Shown here: positions 8,622-17,138 of the stretch, piece after piece | How the letters are laid out: each line of letters starts with the position of its first letter | How positions within the stretch are numbered: position 1 is the stretch's first letter | NCBI GenBank assembly: GCA_963651635.1 | Contig: CAVJQN010000063.1 | Location: 1-29,676 of the forward strand | Direction of reading: 5' to 3' | Length of the DNA stretch: 29,676 nucleotides | Origin: Agathobacter sp. | Lineage (GTDB): Bacteria; Bacillota; Clostridia; Lachnospirales; Lachnospiraceae | The notes under the pieces: model-generated | Told to the model about the DNA's origin: nothing | The model's database searches: none | The model's input: the letters and a program-made list of their open reading frames with translations, nothing else | Program-made: the position numbers and the translations under genes

Positions 8622-10247
8622 TTACTTTGCGACCCTGATAGTGCTGTAATCAAGTATCTGCACTCCGGGTGTGATGGTGATGCCTGTCATCTTCTTGCTG
8701 TGAACAAACAGGATACTGGGGAATGCCATCGTGATCTCATAGTGTGCATCCCACAGATACTGCTGCAGTGTCGCATAGGTCTCGCGGCGCTCCTCGGGTG
8801 TCTTTGCCGACAGTCCCTTCTGGAGCATCTCGTCGATATACGGATCGTTCATATGAAGCGCGCCTACCCAGGTTGAAGACCATTTCTTGAGCACATCTCC
8901 CGCCGTTCCGGAAGCCGGTGTGGTTGATGCACTGGAGAACTCGTTGACGCCTGCGTTGTTGCGCTCTACCATGGAGCCGACCTCCATCTGCTCGATGGTC
9001 GCGTTGATGCCTACCTGCTTCCAGTACTCCTGAGCCAGTGTCACGCACTGTACCAGATTGCCGCTATGACCGAGGCAGACATTGACATCCAGACCGTTCT
9101 CATATCCCGCCTCCTTGAGGAGCTCCTTCGCACGCTCCGGGTTGTACTCGTAGGGGCCGCACTTGTAGAAGTCCTGTACCTCGCTGGAGAAGATGCCGCT
9201 GCAAGGTGCCGCGTAGTCGCCGTATACCGCCTTTACTATCGCCGGGATATCAAGAGATATGCAGAGCGCCTCACGCACGCGGGGATCCTTGAACTTCTCA
9301 CATGCCGAGTTCATCTGCAGTCCTGTATGGGACCATCCGATGAAGTTCAGGCATGTCAGATCGGGGTTGTTCTGCAGTCTGCTGAAATCATTGGGCACGA
9401 TGTCAAATGACGCATCTACACCGCCGCTCTCTACCTCAGCCGCGCGCACGCTCGACTCCGTAACTACGCGGAAGATCAGATTCTTGTATGCGGGCATGCG
9501 ATCCTTGTTCCAGTACTCGTCATTGCGGTGAAGCGTGACCGAGTCGCCCTGTACCCACTTGTCAAATATGAACATGCCGGTTCCTATCGGATTCTGAGCA
9601 TACGCATCGCCGCCTATCTTCTCATGTACGGACTTGCAGACGATATTGCCTCTGGTGGAGGCGATATACGCGAGCGCTGCCGAGAAGGGATAGTCAAAGC
9701 CTATCTGTACCGTGGTCTCGTCGATAGCCTTGGTCGTCTCCTCGTTGAACGGATTCATGAACGCCTTGTTGTCGGCACTGTTCATGCCCGTGATGAAGCT
9801 GTATGCCACGTCCTCTGCCGTCATCTTCTCACCGTTGGTGAAGTAGACGTCATCGCGCAGATGGAAGAGCATCGTCGTATCCGAGTTCCACTCCCATGAG
9901 GTCGCGAGATTGGGCAGAAATTCATCATTTTCATAGTCACGGAGCACGAGCTTGTCATATATCGCGTCCATGATATTGAAATCGTCCTGCATCTTGTTGC
10001 TGGTAGGATCAAGTCCCAGCGGGTTGAACTGTATAGCTATCGTGACTGTATCCTTGCAGTCCTGCGCCGCTGCGGTCGTCTCTGTCCCGGACGCCGTCGT
10101 ATCGGCAGCTCCTGCCTGTGTGCCTGTCGTGCCTGTCGCTCCTGTCGCTCCTGTCGCGCCGCCGCCGTTGCCGCAGGCTGTCGTGCCCATGAGCATCAGT
10201 GCTGCAAGCGCCGCACAGGCGTATCTCTTTGCTGTCATCTTTTTCAT
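8622..10247 (-). CDS. Family-5 (Opp/Dpp/Nik) ABC solute-binding lipoprotein, copy 2
   Basis: Lipobox TTAC, G/A/T-rich tether, LATSWE...FHLRDDVYFTNGEKMTAEDVAYS family-5 signature, PIGTG, VREAL, YNPERAKELLKEAG. Confidence 0.95.
   Translation of the reverse strand: MKKMTAKRYACAALAALMLMGTTACGNGGGATGATGATGTTGTQAGAADTTASGTETTAAAQDCKDTVTIAIQFNPLGLDPTSNKMQDDFNIMDAIYDKLVLRDYENDEFLPNLATSWEWNSDTTMLFHLRDDVYFTNGEKMTAEDVAYSFITGMNSADNKAFMNPFNEETTKAIDETTVQIGFDYPFSAALAYIASTRGNIVCKSVHEKIGGDAYAQNPIGTGMFIFDKWVQGDSVTLHRNDEYWNKDRMPAYKNLIFRVVTESSVRAAEVESGGVDASFDIVPNDFSRLQNNPDLTCLNFIGWSHTGLQMNSACEKFKDPRVREALCISLDIPAIVKAVYGDYAAPCSGIFSSEVQDFYKCGPYEYNPERAKELLKEAGYENGLDVNVCLGHSGNLVQCVTLAQEYWKQVGINATIEQMEVGSMVERNNAGVNEFSSASTTPASGTAGDVLKKWSSTWVGALHMNDPYIDEMLQKGLSAKTPEERRETYATLQQYLWDAHYEITMAFPSILFVHSKKMTGITITPGVQILDYSTIRVAK
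10123..10158. repeat. 4 x 9-bp tandem repeat (CCTGTCGyk) encoding the (A/T)TG linker of the SBP
   Basis: CCTGTCGTG CCTGTCGCT CCTGTCGCT CCTGTCGCG. Confidence 0.8.
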
Positions 10248-10275
10248 CTTTCTGCTCCTGATGTAAACTCCCCGT

Positions 10276-10308
10276 GTCCTGCGAACCGGACCGGCCGATC
10301 CGCAGGAC
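10276..10308 (-). other. Intergenic stem-loop between the two SBP genes
   Basis: Minus strand GTCCTGCG-GATCGG-ccggt-CCGGTT-CGCAGGAC, about 14-bp stem with G-U pairs, no U tract. Confidence 0.6.
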
Positions 10309-10340
10309 GTATGATTAGGGTTTGTACTGTATCTTTTTGA

Positions 10341-11966
10341 TTACTTAGCAACTCTCAGCGTGCTGTAATCGAGTATCTGCGCGTTGGGTGTGAGGGTGAG
10401 GCCCGTCATCTTCGCGCTGTGTACGAACAGTGTGCTTGGGAATGCCATCGTGATCTCATAGTGACCGTCCCACATGTACTGCTGCAGCTCTGTATATATC
10501 TTGTGGCGCTCCTCGGGATTCATCGCCGAAAGACCCTTTTCCAGCATCTCGTCGATGTACGGATCGTTCATATGGAGCGCGCCGACCCATTTTGAAGACC
10601 ACTTCTTGAGACCGTCTCCCGCGGTACCCGAATGGATCGTGGTAAATGAACTGGAGAACTCATTGACGCCTGCGTTGTTGCGCTCGATCATGGAGCCGAC
10701 CTCCATCTGCTCGATGGTCGCGTTGATGCCCACCTGCTTCCAGTACTCCTGCGCCAGTGTCGTGCACTGTACGATGTTGCCCGTATGACCGAGGCAAATA
10801 TTGATGTCCAGACCGTTCTCGTAGCCTGCCTCCTTGAGGAGCTCCTTTGCACGCTCGGGATCGTACTCATAGGGGCCGCACTTGAGGAAGTCCTGTACCT
10901 CGCTGGAGAAGATGCCGCTGCACGGCTGTGCATAGTCGCCGTATACCGCCTTCACTATCGCCGGGATATCAAGAGATATGCAAAGTGCCTCGCGCACACG
11001 AGCATCCTTGAACTTCTCGCATGCCGCGTTCATCTGAAGACCTGTATGTGTCCAGCCTATGAAGTTCAGGCATGTCAGGTTCGGGTTGTCCTTGAGTCTG
11101 CCGAAGTCGTTGGATACGATGTCAAATGCCGCATCCACGCCGCCGCTCTCCACCTCGGCTGCACGCACGCTCGCCTCGGTGACTACACGGTAGATCAGAT
11201 TCTCGTATGCGGGCATCTTCTCCTTGTTCCAGTAGTTCTCGTTGCGGTGCATCGTGATAGAGTCGCCCTGTACCCACTTGTCAAAGATAAACATGCCTGT
11301 ACCCAGAGGCGCCTGAGCATATGCATCCGTTCCTATCTCCTCGTGCACCGACTTGCAGACGATGCCGCCTCGGCTGGAGGCGATATATGCCAGCGCTGCC
11401 GAGAAGGGATAGTCAAAGCCTATCTGTACAGTGGTCTCGTCTATCGCCTTGGTCGTCTCCGCATTGAACGGCTCCATGAAGGACTTGTTGTCTACGCTGT
11501 TGATGCTTGTGATGAAGCTGTATGCCACGTCCTCTGCCGTCATCTTCTCACCGTTGGTGAAATATACGTCGTCGCGCAGATGGAAGAGCATCGTCGTATC
11601 CGAGTTCCACTCCCATGAGGTCGCCAGTCTCGGCAGATACTCGTCATTCTCATAGTCGCGGTATACCAGTGTGTCATAGATGGCATTGATGATATTGAAG
11701 TCATCCTGCATCTTGTTGTCTGTCGGATCCAGTCCCGTCGGGTTGTACTGGATAGCGATGGTTATGGTGTCCTTGCAGTCCTCGGCGGGCTGTGCCGCCT
11801 CGGCGGAAGCAGCCGCAGTATCAGAGGCTCCGGTCTTGGTCTCTGTACCCGCAGCAGCAGTTGTTCCGGTCTGTGCGCCTCCCTGTCCGCCGCAGCCGGT
11901 CATGCCCATAAGCATAAAAGCCGCCAGCATCGCGCATGTGATTCGTTTCACTGTTCTCTTTTTCAT
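10341..11966 (-). CDS. Family-5 ABC solute-binding lipoprotein, copy 1
   Basis: Lipobox MTGC, A/T/G-rich tether, same family-5 motifs; paralogue of 8622-10247. Confidence 0.95.
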   Translation of the reverse strand: MKKRTVKRITCAMLAAFMLMGMTGCGGQGGAQTGTTAAAGTETKTGASDTAAASAEAAQPAEDCKDTITIAIQYNPTGLDPTDNKMQDDFNIINAIYDTLVYRDYENDEYLPRLATSWEWNSDTTMLFHLRDDVYFTNGEKMTAEDVAYSFITSINSVDNKSFMEPFNAETTKAIDETTVQIGFDYPFSAALAYIASSRGGIVCKSVHEEIGTDAYAQAPLGTGMFIFDKWVQGDSITMHRNENYWNKEKMPAYENLIYRVVTEASVRAAEVESGGVDAAFDIVSNDFGRLKDNPNLTCLNFIGWTHTGLQMNAACEKFKDARVREALCISLDIPAIVKAVYGDYAQPCSGIFSSEVQDFLKCGPYEYDPERAKELLKEAGYENGLDINICLGHTGNIVQCTTLAQEYWKQVGINATIEQMEVGSMIERNNAGVNEFSSSFTTIHSGTAGDGLKKWSSKWVGALHMNDPYIDEMLEKGLSAMNPEERHKIYTELQQYMWDGHYEITMAFPSTLFVHSAKMTGLTLTPNAQILDYSTLRVAK

Positions 11967-12052
11967 GTTTATGCTCCTTCCTTACTGTTTTCCTTATTGC
12001 TGTATCCTTGTGCTTTGTAAGCAGCGTCGGCAGTGTACTTGCAGCCGTGCCG

Positions 12053-13375
12053 TCATGACCTCGGGCTTTGAGCGCTCCCCGGTGCCGGCATACTGTCGAA
12101 CTGCTCCGGTATCCCGCAGTGCATGGACTCGAACAGCTCACGTATAGTCCCTGCAAACGGCTTGAATCCCGGATCCTCCGGCTTCTGCCTTAAAAACTCC
12201 ACCGCATATGCCGTATACATCAGTATCCCGTAGGGCATAGCCGCTTCATCTATCTCGAACTCGGCTGTATGCACCGGCGCCGTGATGCCCTGCTTCTCGT
12301 TGCGTATGCCCACCTTGGCGGTCACGCTGGGATAGAATGTACTCAGCACTCCGTAGCTCTCGGAGCCCATCGCCTTGCTTCTGGGTATGATATGCTCAGA
12401 CCCGATCAGGTCTCCCACGACCTTCCGTCCGAACTGTGCCAGCGGCTCCGAGCAGATCGTAGGCAGATAGCTCTCGGCAAATGCCGGATACTCTGCCGTG
12501 CATCCGTACCGTGCGCAGCATCCCTCCACGCAGTCCTTCAGATATCTCTCAAAGGCGCGTCCCGCCTCCAGATTGAAAAATCTGCATGTGCCTCCGAATG
12601 TCAGCTCCGCCGCTATGACATTGCTGACCGTCCCCGCATGGACGAAGCTGATGCAGTGCGTGAGAGGATCAAACGGCGATGTATGCTGCATCGCAAAGCC
12701 CCGCATATCCGACGCGATAGCCGTGAAGCAGTCGATCGGGTTCACTGCGCGATCCGGGCGTGATGCGTGTCCGTCGCGCCCCCGCAGCCTGATGGTATAT
12801 TCAAATACCGCCGCATTGGTCTCGCCGCCCTGTATGGCGACATCCCCTACGGGAAGGTCGTTGACCACATGGTTGGCCCAGCAGCCGTCTATCGCTATGC
12901 CGTGAGTCTGGAGATATTCCATCACGTAGTAGATGCAGCGTGCTCCCTCCTCGCCTCTCTCAAACAGCAGCAGTACGCTGCCCTCCAGCTCGTCCCTGTG
13001 CTCCTGCAGCACCTTTCCCGCCGCAAGAAGCATAGCTGTATGCGAGTCATGTCCGCACATATGCGCCACACCCTGGTTGGTGCTGACGCATCTCTTGGCC
13101 TGTCCGCCTCCGTTGACCGTGCTCTCCGTGATCGCCAGCGCGTCGCAGTCCGCTCTCAGCAGGACAGTCCTGCCCTCCCTCACGCCGTCGATCCGCGCCA
13201 GTACGCCGCCGTTGGGTATCACCGTATATCCGATGCCGTATCCGTCCAGCTGACTGCATATATAGCTGACAGTCCCGCGCTCATATCCCGACAGCTCCGG
13301 ATGCTCGTGCAGATAGCGTCTGTGGCGTGTCGCGTCCTGCCCGGCGGTCTTTGCCGCCTCCCATATGTCAAACAT
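12053..13375 (-). CDS. M20D family amidohydrolase (aminoacylase/hippuricase-like)
   Basis: RRYLHEHPELS, LRADCDAL, HMCGHDSH, GEEG, GHASRP, MGSES, PVH...F.IDE. Confidence 0.92.
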   Translation of the reverse strand: MFDIWEAAKTAGQDATRHRRYLHEHPELSGYERGTVSYICSQLDGYGIGYTVIPNGGVLARIDGVREGRTVLLRADCDALAITESTVNGGGQAKRCVSTNQGVAHMCGHDSHTAMLLAAGKVLQEHRDELEGSVLLLFERGEEGARCIYYVMEYLQTHGIAIDGCWANHVVNDLPVGDVAIQGGETNAAVFEYTIRLRGRDGHASRPDRAVNPIDCFTAIASDMRGFAMQHTSPFDPLTHCISFVHAGTVSNVIAAELTFGGTCRFFNLEAGRAFERYLKDCVEGCCARYGCTAEYPAFAESYLPTICSEPLAQFGRKVVGDLIGSEHIIPRSKAMGSESYGVLSTFYPSVTAKVGIRNEKQGITAPVHTAEFEIDEAAMPYGILMYTAYAVEFLRQKPEDPGFKPFAGTIRELFESMHCGIPEQFDSMPAPGSAQSPRS

Positions 13376-14486
13376 ATCGTCCGTCCTCCGTCAGCTGCGG
13401 TCTGATGACCTGATGCTCGCGTCCTTCCCACAGCTCCTGTGAAAATACCGCGAGATGCTGCGAGCTGAACAGTGCCGGAAGACCTCCCGTATGCAGGAAT
13501 ATGACCGAAGCGCCCTTGGGTATCTCGCCTGACTGCGTCAGCCTCAGCACTGCCGCAAAGCCCTTGCCCGTATAGCATGGATCCACGAACAGTCCCTCGG
13601 TGCGCGCCAGTCTCTCGATCACCGCAAAGGTCTCCGGATCCGGCGCGTCATATGCCGTTCCGGCACATTCGGTCAGCAGCAGCTCCAGCTCGTGTGCCTG
13701 CGCCGTGATGCCCAACTCGTACATGGCGCTCGTCTCGTTGATGTAGTCGGCCATGTTCTGCTTGTATACTGCTCCGTGAGGGCTCACGCACGCGCCTATC
13801 ACGCGAAACGGCGCCTTGAAATATCTGCTGCCCAGCCAGAGCCCCGCAAATGTGCCGTTCGAGCCGCACGGGCATATCAGATACTGTGCCGTCGTGCCCA
13901 TCTCCTCCAGCTGCTTCATGATCTCCTTTACTGCAAAGAAGTATCCCATGCAGCCCAGCGGAGTGCTGCCGCCCGAGGGCATCTCGTATACCTTTTCGCC
14001 GCGCGCCGCGTACTCTGCGATGACGCGGTCGGCTGCCGCCCTGCGGAGCTTGACCGTCTCCGCCTTGACCTCATCCGGGCTCAGTCCCCGTCCGTCCAGA
14101 CAGGATGTATCGAGGAAGCGCACATCACAGTCCAGTATCGCGTCCAGCAGCAGATTGCCGCTGAGCTTCTCGGGAGCCCTGCCGTCGCCTACCGTAGCGA
14201 TGATGATCGACTTCATGCCGTACTTGCATGCGACAGCAGCCATCTGACGTCCGTGATTGGTCTGTACTCCGCCGAAGGTCAGCATCGCCGTGCAGCCCTG
14301 TGACTTCGCCTCCTGCACCAGATACTGGAGTTTGCGTATCTTGTTGCCGGAGAAGCCCAAACCTGTCAGGTCGTCCCGCTTCATCAGCAGATCGCAGCCC
14401 AGCTCGCGGCTGAGGTTGTCGAGGCGGTGCAGCGGTGTAGGAAAGCAGCCGCAGCCGTCCATCTTTTGAATCGACTCAATATGCAT
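13368..14486 (-). CDS. D-cysteine desulfhydrase / ACC deaminase family fold-type II PLP enzyme (not ACC deaminase type)
   Basis: PTPL, KRDDLTG, SGNKIRKL (PLP Lys), GGVQTNH, GSNGT, DPCYTGK, HTGG. Confidence 0.88.
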   Translation of the reverse strand: MHIESIQKMDGCGCFPTPLHRLDNLSRELGCDLLMKRDDLTGLGFSGNKIRKLQYLVQEAKSQGCTAMLTFGGVQTNHGRQMAAVACKYGMKSIIIATVGDGRAPEKLSGNLLLDAILDCDVRFLDTSCLDGRGLSPDEVKAETVKLRRAAADRVIAEYAARGEKVYEMPSGGSTPLGCMGYFFAVKEIMKQLEEMGTTAQYLICPCGSNGTFAGLWLGSRYFKAPFRVIGACVSPHGAVYKQNMADYINETSAMYELGITAQAHELELLLTECAGTAYDAPDPETFAVIERLARTEGLFVDPCYTGKGFAAVLRLTQSGEIPKGASVIFLHTGGLPALFSSQHLAVFSQELWEGREHQVIRPQLTEDGRYV

Positions 14487-14510
14487 ATCCCGTCTCCTTC
14501 AATGCAGCGC

Positions 14511-15404
14511 CTATCTTGCCTTTTTCTCCAGCTCGTCGCGATACTCGATGATCGCCTTGTAGCTCTCCGGACGTACCGCAAATTTCTTGCCGTAGCCCTG
14601 CTCCGTGATCCACTGCATCTTCTTGAGCGTAGCCTGGGTCATGATATCGTTCTCGCCCATGCTCTCCAGCGTAGCGAGTACCTCCTCCATCTCGTGTCCG
14701 AGGCGCTCGGAATGTGTCGCCGCAGTGCACAGGAAGTAGTTGATGGCATCCTCAAAGGTCATCTCCTTAGTGAGTATGCTCTTGAGTGCGCCTATCGTCT
14801 GGTCGGTGATGCCGTAGCGCTCTGCCGCAAATACAGTCTCCGTCAGCAGTGCTATAAAGCCCTTGAACAGCACGCTCTTGATCATCTTCATGGCGGATGC
14901 CGCGCCGATCTGCTCGGAGAGTACATGGAAGTTCATCCCGCAGTCCTCGGCTATCTTCGCCGCCTCTGCCGCTCTCCTGCCGCACAGATATACGGGCGTT
15001 TTAGTCCTGTTCGCCGGAACGGATGCCATGACCGCCGCCTCTACGAAGTCGCCGGCGGCGCTCTTAAGTGCCTTGTCTATCTCCTCCTTCGTAGCGGGCG
15101 AGGTGGAGTTCATATCTATATATATCTGACCGTCTCTAAGCAGCGGTGCTATCTGCTTTGCTATCGGCAGCGCCGAGTTCGCGCTCGTCAGGCACAGGAT
15201 CGTGTCCGCCTGCGCGAAAAGTCCCTCCATGGAGGTCAGCAGCGTCACCTTGTTTGCAGCCGCTCTCTCCCTTATTTCGGCGCCGCGCGGCGTATCCTGC
15301 GATGCCACCATGTCAAAGGCATACAGCTCTGCCGAGCCCTCCTTGATATCGGCTGTGAGATAATATGCAGCCTCTCCGAAGCCGATCATGCCTATCTTAT
15401 GCAT
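14511..15404 (-). CDS. NAD(P)-dependent beta-hydroxyacid dehydrogenase family oxidoreductase (DUF1932-type C-terminus)
   Basis: Start moved to MHKIGMIGFGEAA (15404, GGAGG RBS); Rossmann GxGxxA, DMNSTSP.TK, AAVM, GAASAMKMIKS...KG, H..R...EMEE. Confidence 0.85.
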   Translation of the reverse strand: MHKIGMIGFGEAAYYLTADIKEGSAELYAFDMVASQDTPRGAEIRERAAANKVTLLTSMEGLFAQADTILCLTSANSALPIAKQIAPLLRDGQIYIDMNSTSPATKEEIDKALKSAAGDFVEAAVMASVPANRTKTPVYLCGRRAAEAAKIAEDCGMNFHVLSEQIGAASAMKMIKSVLFKGFIALLTETVFAAERYGITDQTIGALKSILTKEMTFEDAINYFLCTAATHSERLGHEMEEVLATLESMGENDIMTQATLKKMQWITEQGYGKKFAVRPESYKAIIEYRDELEKKAR

Positions 15405-15405
15405 G

Positions 15406-16044
15406 CTACATATCCTCCATTCCGAGTTTCTTCGCAAAGCCCATCAGCTCTACGGTCGTCTTGCCCTCAGCGAGCTGCGGTCCGAGCGTCGTCTCCTCGA
15501 AGTTGAACTTCTTTCTGGACTTCTCCAGCACTTCCTCTGCTCTGTCCTTTTTGATGATGACTACGCCGTCGCCGTCGGCGGTGACGATATCACCTGTCTC
15601 TACGCGTATCCCTCCGCACATCACAGGTGCTCCGATATCCCCGAGTATCTCCTTGGTCGTACCGTTCGGACATACCGCCCTGCTGTATACCGGGAAGTTC
15701 ATGTCAATCAGAGCATTTCTGTCGCGGCATGCACCGTCGATGACTACGCCGACGATGCCCCTCTTGCGGCAGCTGATGGCAAACATCTCGCCGAAGCACC
15801 CTGCCTCGACATAGCCCGCGCAATCGATGATAAGTACATCGCCGGGATGCGCCAGACATATCGCCTTGTGGATAGTCAGGTTGTCACACGGATGGCATCT
15901 GACAGTCAGAGCCTTGCCGACCATCTCGAACTTCCTGTCCAGTCCCTGGATCGCTGAGGTCATAGCACCTACGCGCTCGTTGGAGTCACATACATTGCCT
16001 GTCGGGATCCCTCTGAATCCCTCCACTATCTCCTCGTACTGCAA
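15406..16044 (-). CDS. RraA-family / HMG-CHA aldolase-like protein 1
   Basis: TTG start with AGAGGTG RBS; G.ALTV, DNL, GDVLIID, E-X20-RD motif, GDIVTADGDGVVII. Confidence 0.88.
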   Translation of the reverse strand: MQYEEIVEGFRGIPTGNVCDSNERVGAMTSAIQGLDRKFEMVGKALTVRCHPCDNLTIHKAICLAHPGDVLIIDCAGYVEAGCFGEMFAISCRKRGIVGVVIDGACRDRNALIDMNFPVYSRAVCPNGTTKEILGDIGAPVMCGGIRVETGDIVTADGDGVVIIKKDRAEEVLEKSRKKFNFEETTLGPQLAEGKTTVELMGFAKKLGMEDM

Positions 16045-16130
16045 TTCCTGTCACCTCTTTCTTTTAGTAAGCATCCCTGACGCCTGCGCCCGCTCTGTCA
16101 CGGATGTACTGCTGCATCACATATTGTTCA

Positions 16131-16176
16131 TGTTGTTTTCGCTACATTTGCGATACTATATGAAATGATAGTTACA
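16131..16176. promoter_or_regulatory. Two operator-like 16-bp boxes at the leftward promoter
   Basis: TGTTG-TTTTCG-CTACA (16131-16146) and TGAAA-TGATAG-TTACA (16161-16176). Confidence 0.55.
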
Positions 16177-16181
16177 GTCAA
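16153..16181 (-). promoter_or_regulatory. sigma-A-like promoter of the leftward 12-gene operon
   Basis: Minus strand TTGACT (16181-16176), 17 bp, TAGTAT (16158-16153). Confidence 0.65.
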
Positions 16182-16277
16182 TGGTCACATATCCATACAT
16201 TTACAGTCTGTATTCTGGTGAAAACTACTAACAAACCGCTATTTTATTGTATTTTTTGATATTTTATTAACAATGAC

Positions 16278-16306
16278 TTGACAGATTTACCCCGTCTTCA
16301 TATATT
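16278..16306 (+). promoter_or_regulatory. sigma-A-like promoter of the rightward aldolase pair
   Basis: TTGACA (16278-16283), 17 bp, TATATT (16301-16306), with an AT-rich UP-like tract upstream. Confidence 0.75.
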
Positions 16307-16350
16307 GAAGCAAATGCTACATCATCATTTCACATGTTGTTGTAACTACA
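16306..16350. promoter_or_regulatory. Two operator-like 16-bp boxes at the rightward promoter
   Basis: TGAAG-CAAATG-CTACA (16306-16321) and TGTTG-TTGTAA-CTACA (16335-16350). Confidence 0.55.
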
Positions 16351-16474
16351 CAAAGTTGTCCCGTCCTCTCATCGTGCCGCGCCCGGCTGCGATGTCTCCA
16401 TAAGGGAGATGGATCGGGATATGTCAGGTCACAGCATTGATCAAAAATCAAATCATTAAGGAGAGAAACACATC

Positions 16475-17137
16475 ATGACACAGCAGGAATATGAGCGTTT
16501 TTATGCACTGTCCACCAGCAATATCTCAGATGCACTCGATGCACTCGGCATGAAGGGATCTACATATGGTGTACGTCCCGTATATGAGGGCTGCCCCAAG
16601 CTCGTCGGCGAGGCGCTGACAGTCAAGATCGGTCCCACGGGCGAGACACCCATGCCCTCCACGCATCTGTGCTCAGAGGCTATCGCTATGGCTAAGCCCG
16701 GCGATGTCATCGTAGTAGACAACGGCGGCGATACGGCAACATCCGCATGGGGCGGTCTGCTTGCCAATGCAGCCAAGACCAAGGGCGTCAACGGCGTCAT
16801 CGTAGACGGCGCAGTAAGAGATGTAGACGACTTCTACAATGCAAAGTTCCCGGTATTCTCACGTACAGCCGTAGTTCGTACATCACGCGGACGCATCATG
16901 GTATATGAGACCAACGGCATGGTTCAGTTCGCAGGCGTACAGGTACGTCCCGGCGATATCGTCATCGGCGACCGCAGCGGCGTCACCATCGTACCGAAGG
17001 AGCGCTATCTTGAGGTGCTGAACAAGGCAGAGGAGCTTGAAGGAAAGGAGTCCAAGATGATGGACGAGGTCGGCGCAGGCGGCGATATGCTCGAGGTTGA
17101 CGCAAAGTACGACTATGTTCACATGCTGAAGAAATAA
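16475..17137 (+). CDS. RraA-family / HMG-CHA aldolase-like protein 2
   Basis: ISDALD, GEALTV, GDVIVVDNGG, WGG-X20-RD-VD-D motif, PGDIVIGDRSGV; AAGGAG RBS. Confidence 0.9.
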   Translation: MTQQEYERFYALSTSNISDALDALGMKGSTYGVRPVYEGCPKLVGEALTVKIGPTGETPMPSTHLCSEAIAMAKPGDVIVVDNGGDTATSAWGGLLANAAKTKGVNGVIVDGAVRDVDDFYNAKFPVFSRTAVVRTSRGRIMVYETNGMVQFAGVQVRPGDIVIGDRSGVTIVPKERYLEVLNKAEELEGKESKMMDEVGAGGDMLEVDAKYDYVHMLKK

Positions 17138-17138
17138 T

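Noticed and set aside
8622..11966. SBP duplication as an assembly artefact
   Set aside because: The copies differ throughout at both amino-acid and synonymous positions and have different signal peptides and flanks
13368..14486. Calling this gene ACC deaminase (acdS)
   Set aside because: Has Thr at both diagnostic positions (YTGK, HTGG) instead of Glu and Leu
14427..15957. + strand ORFs 14427-15506, 15365-15814 and 15388-15957
   Set aside because: Antisense to the dehydrogenase and aldolase genes; no family features
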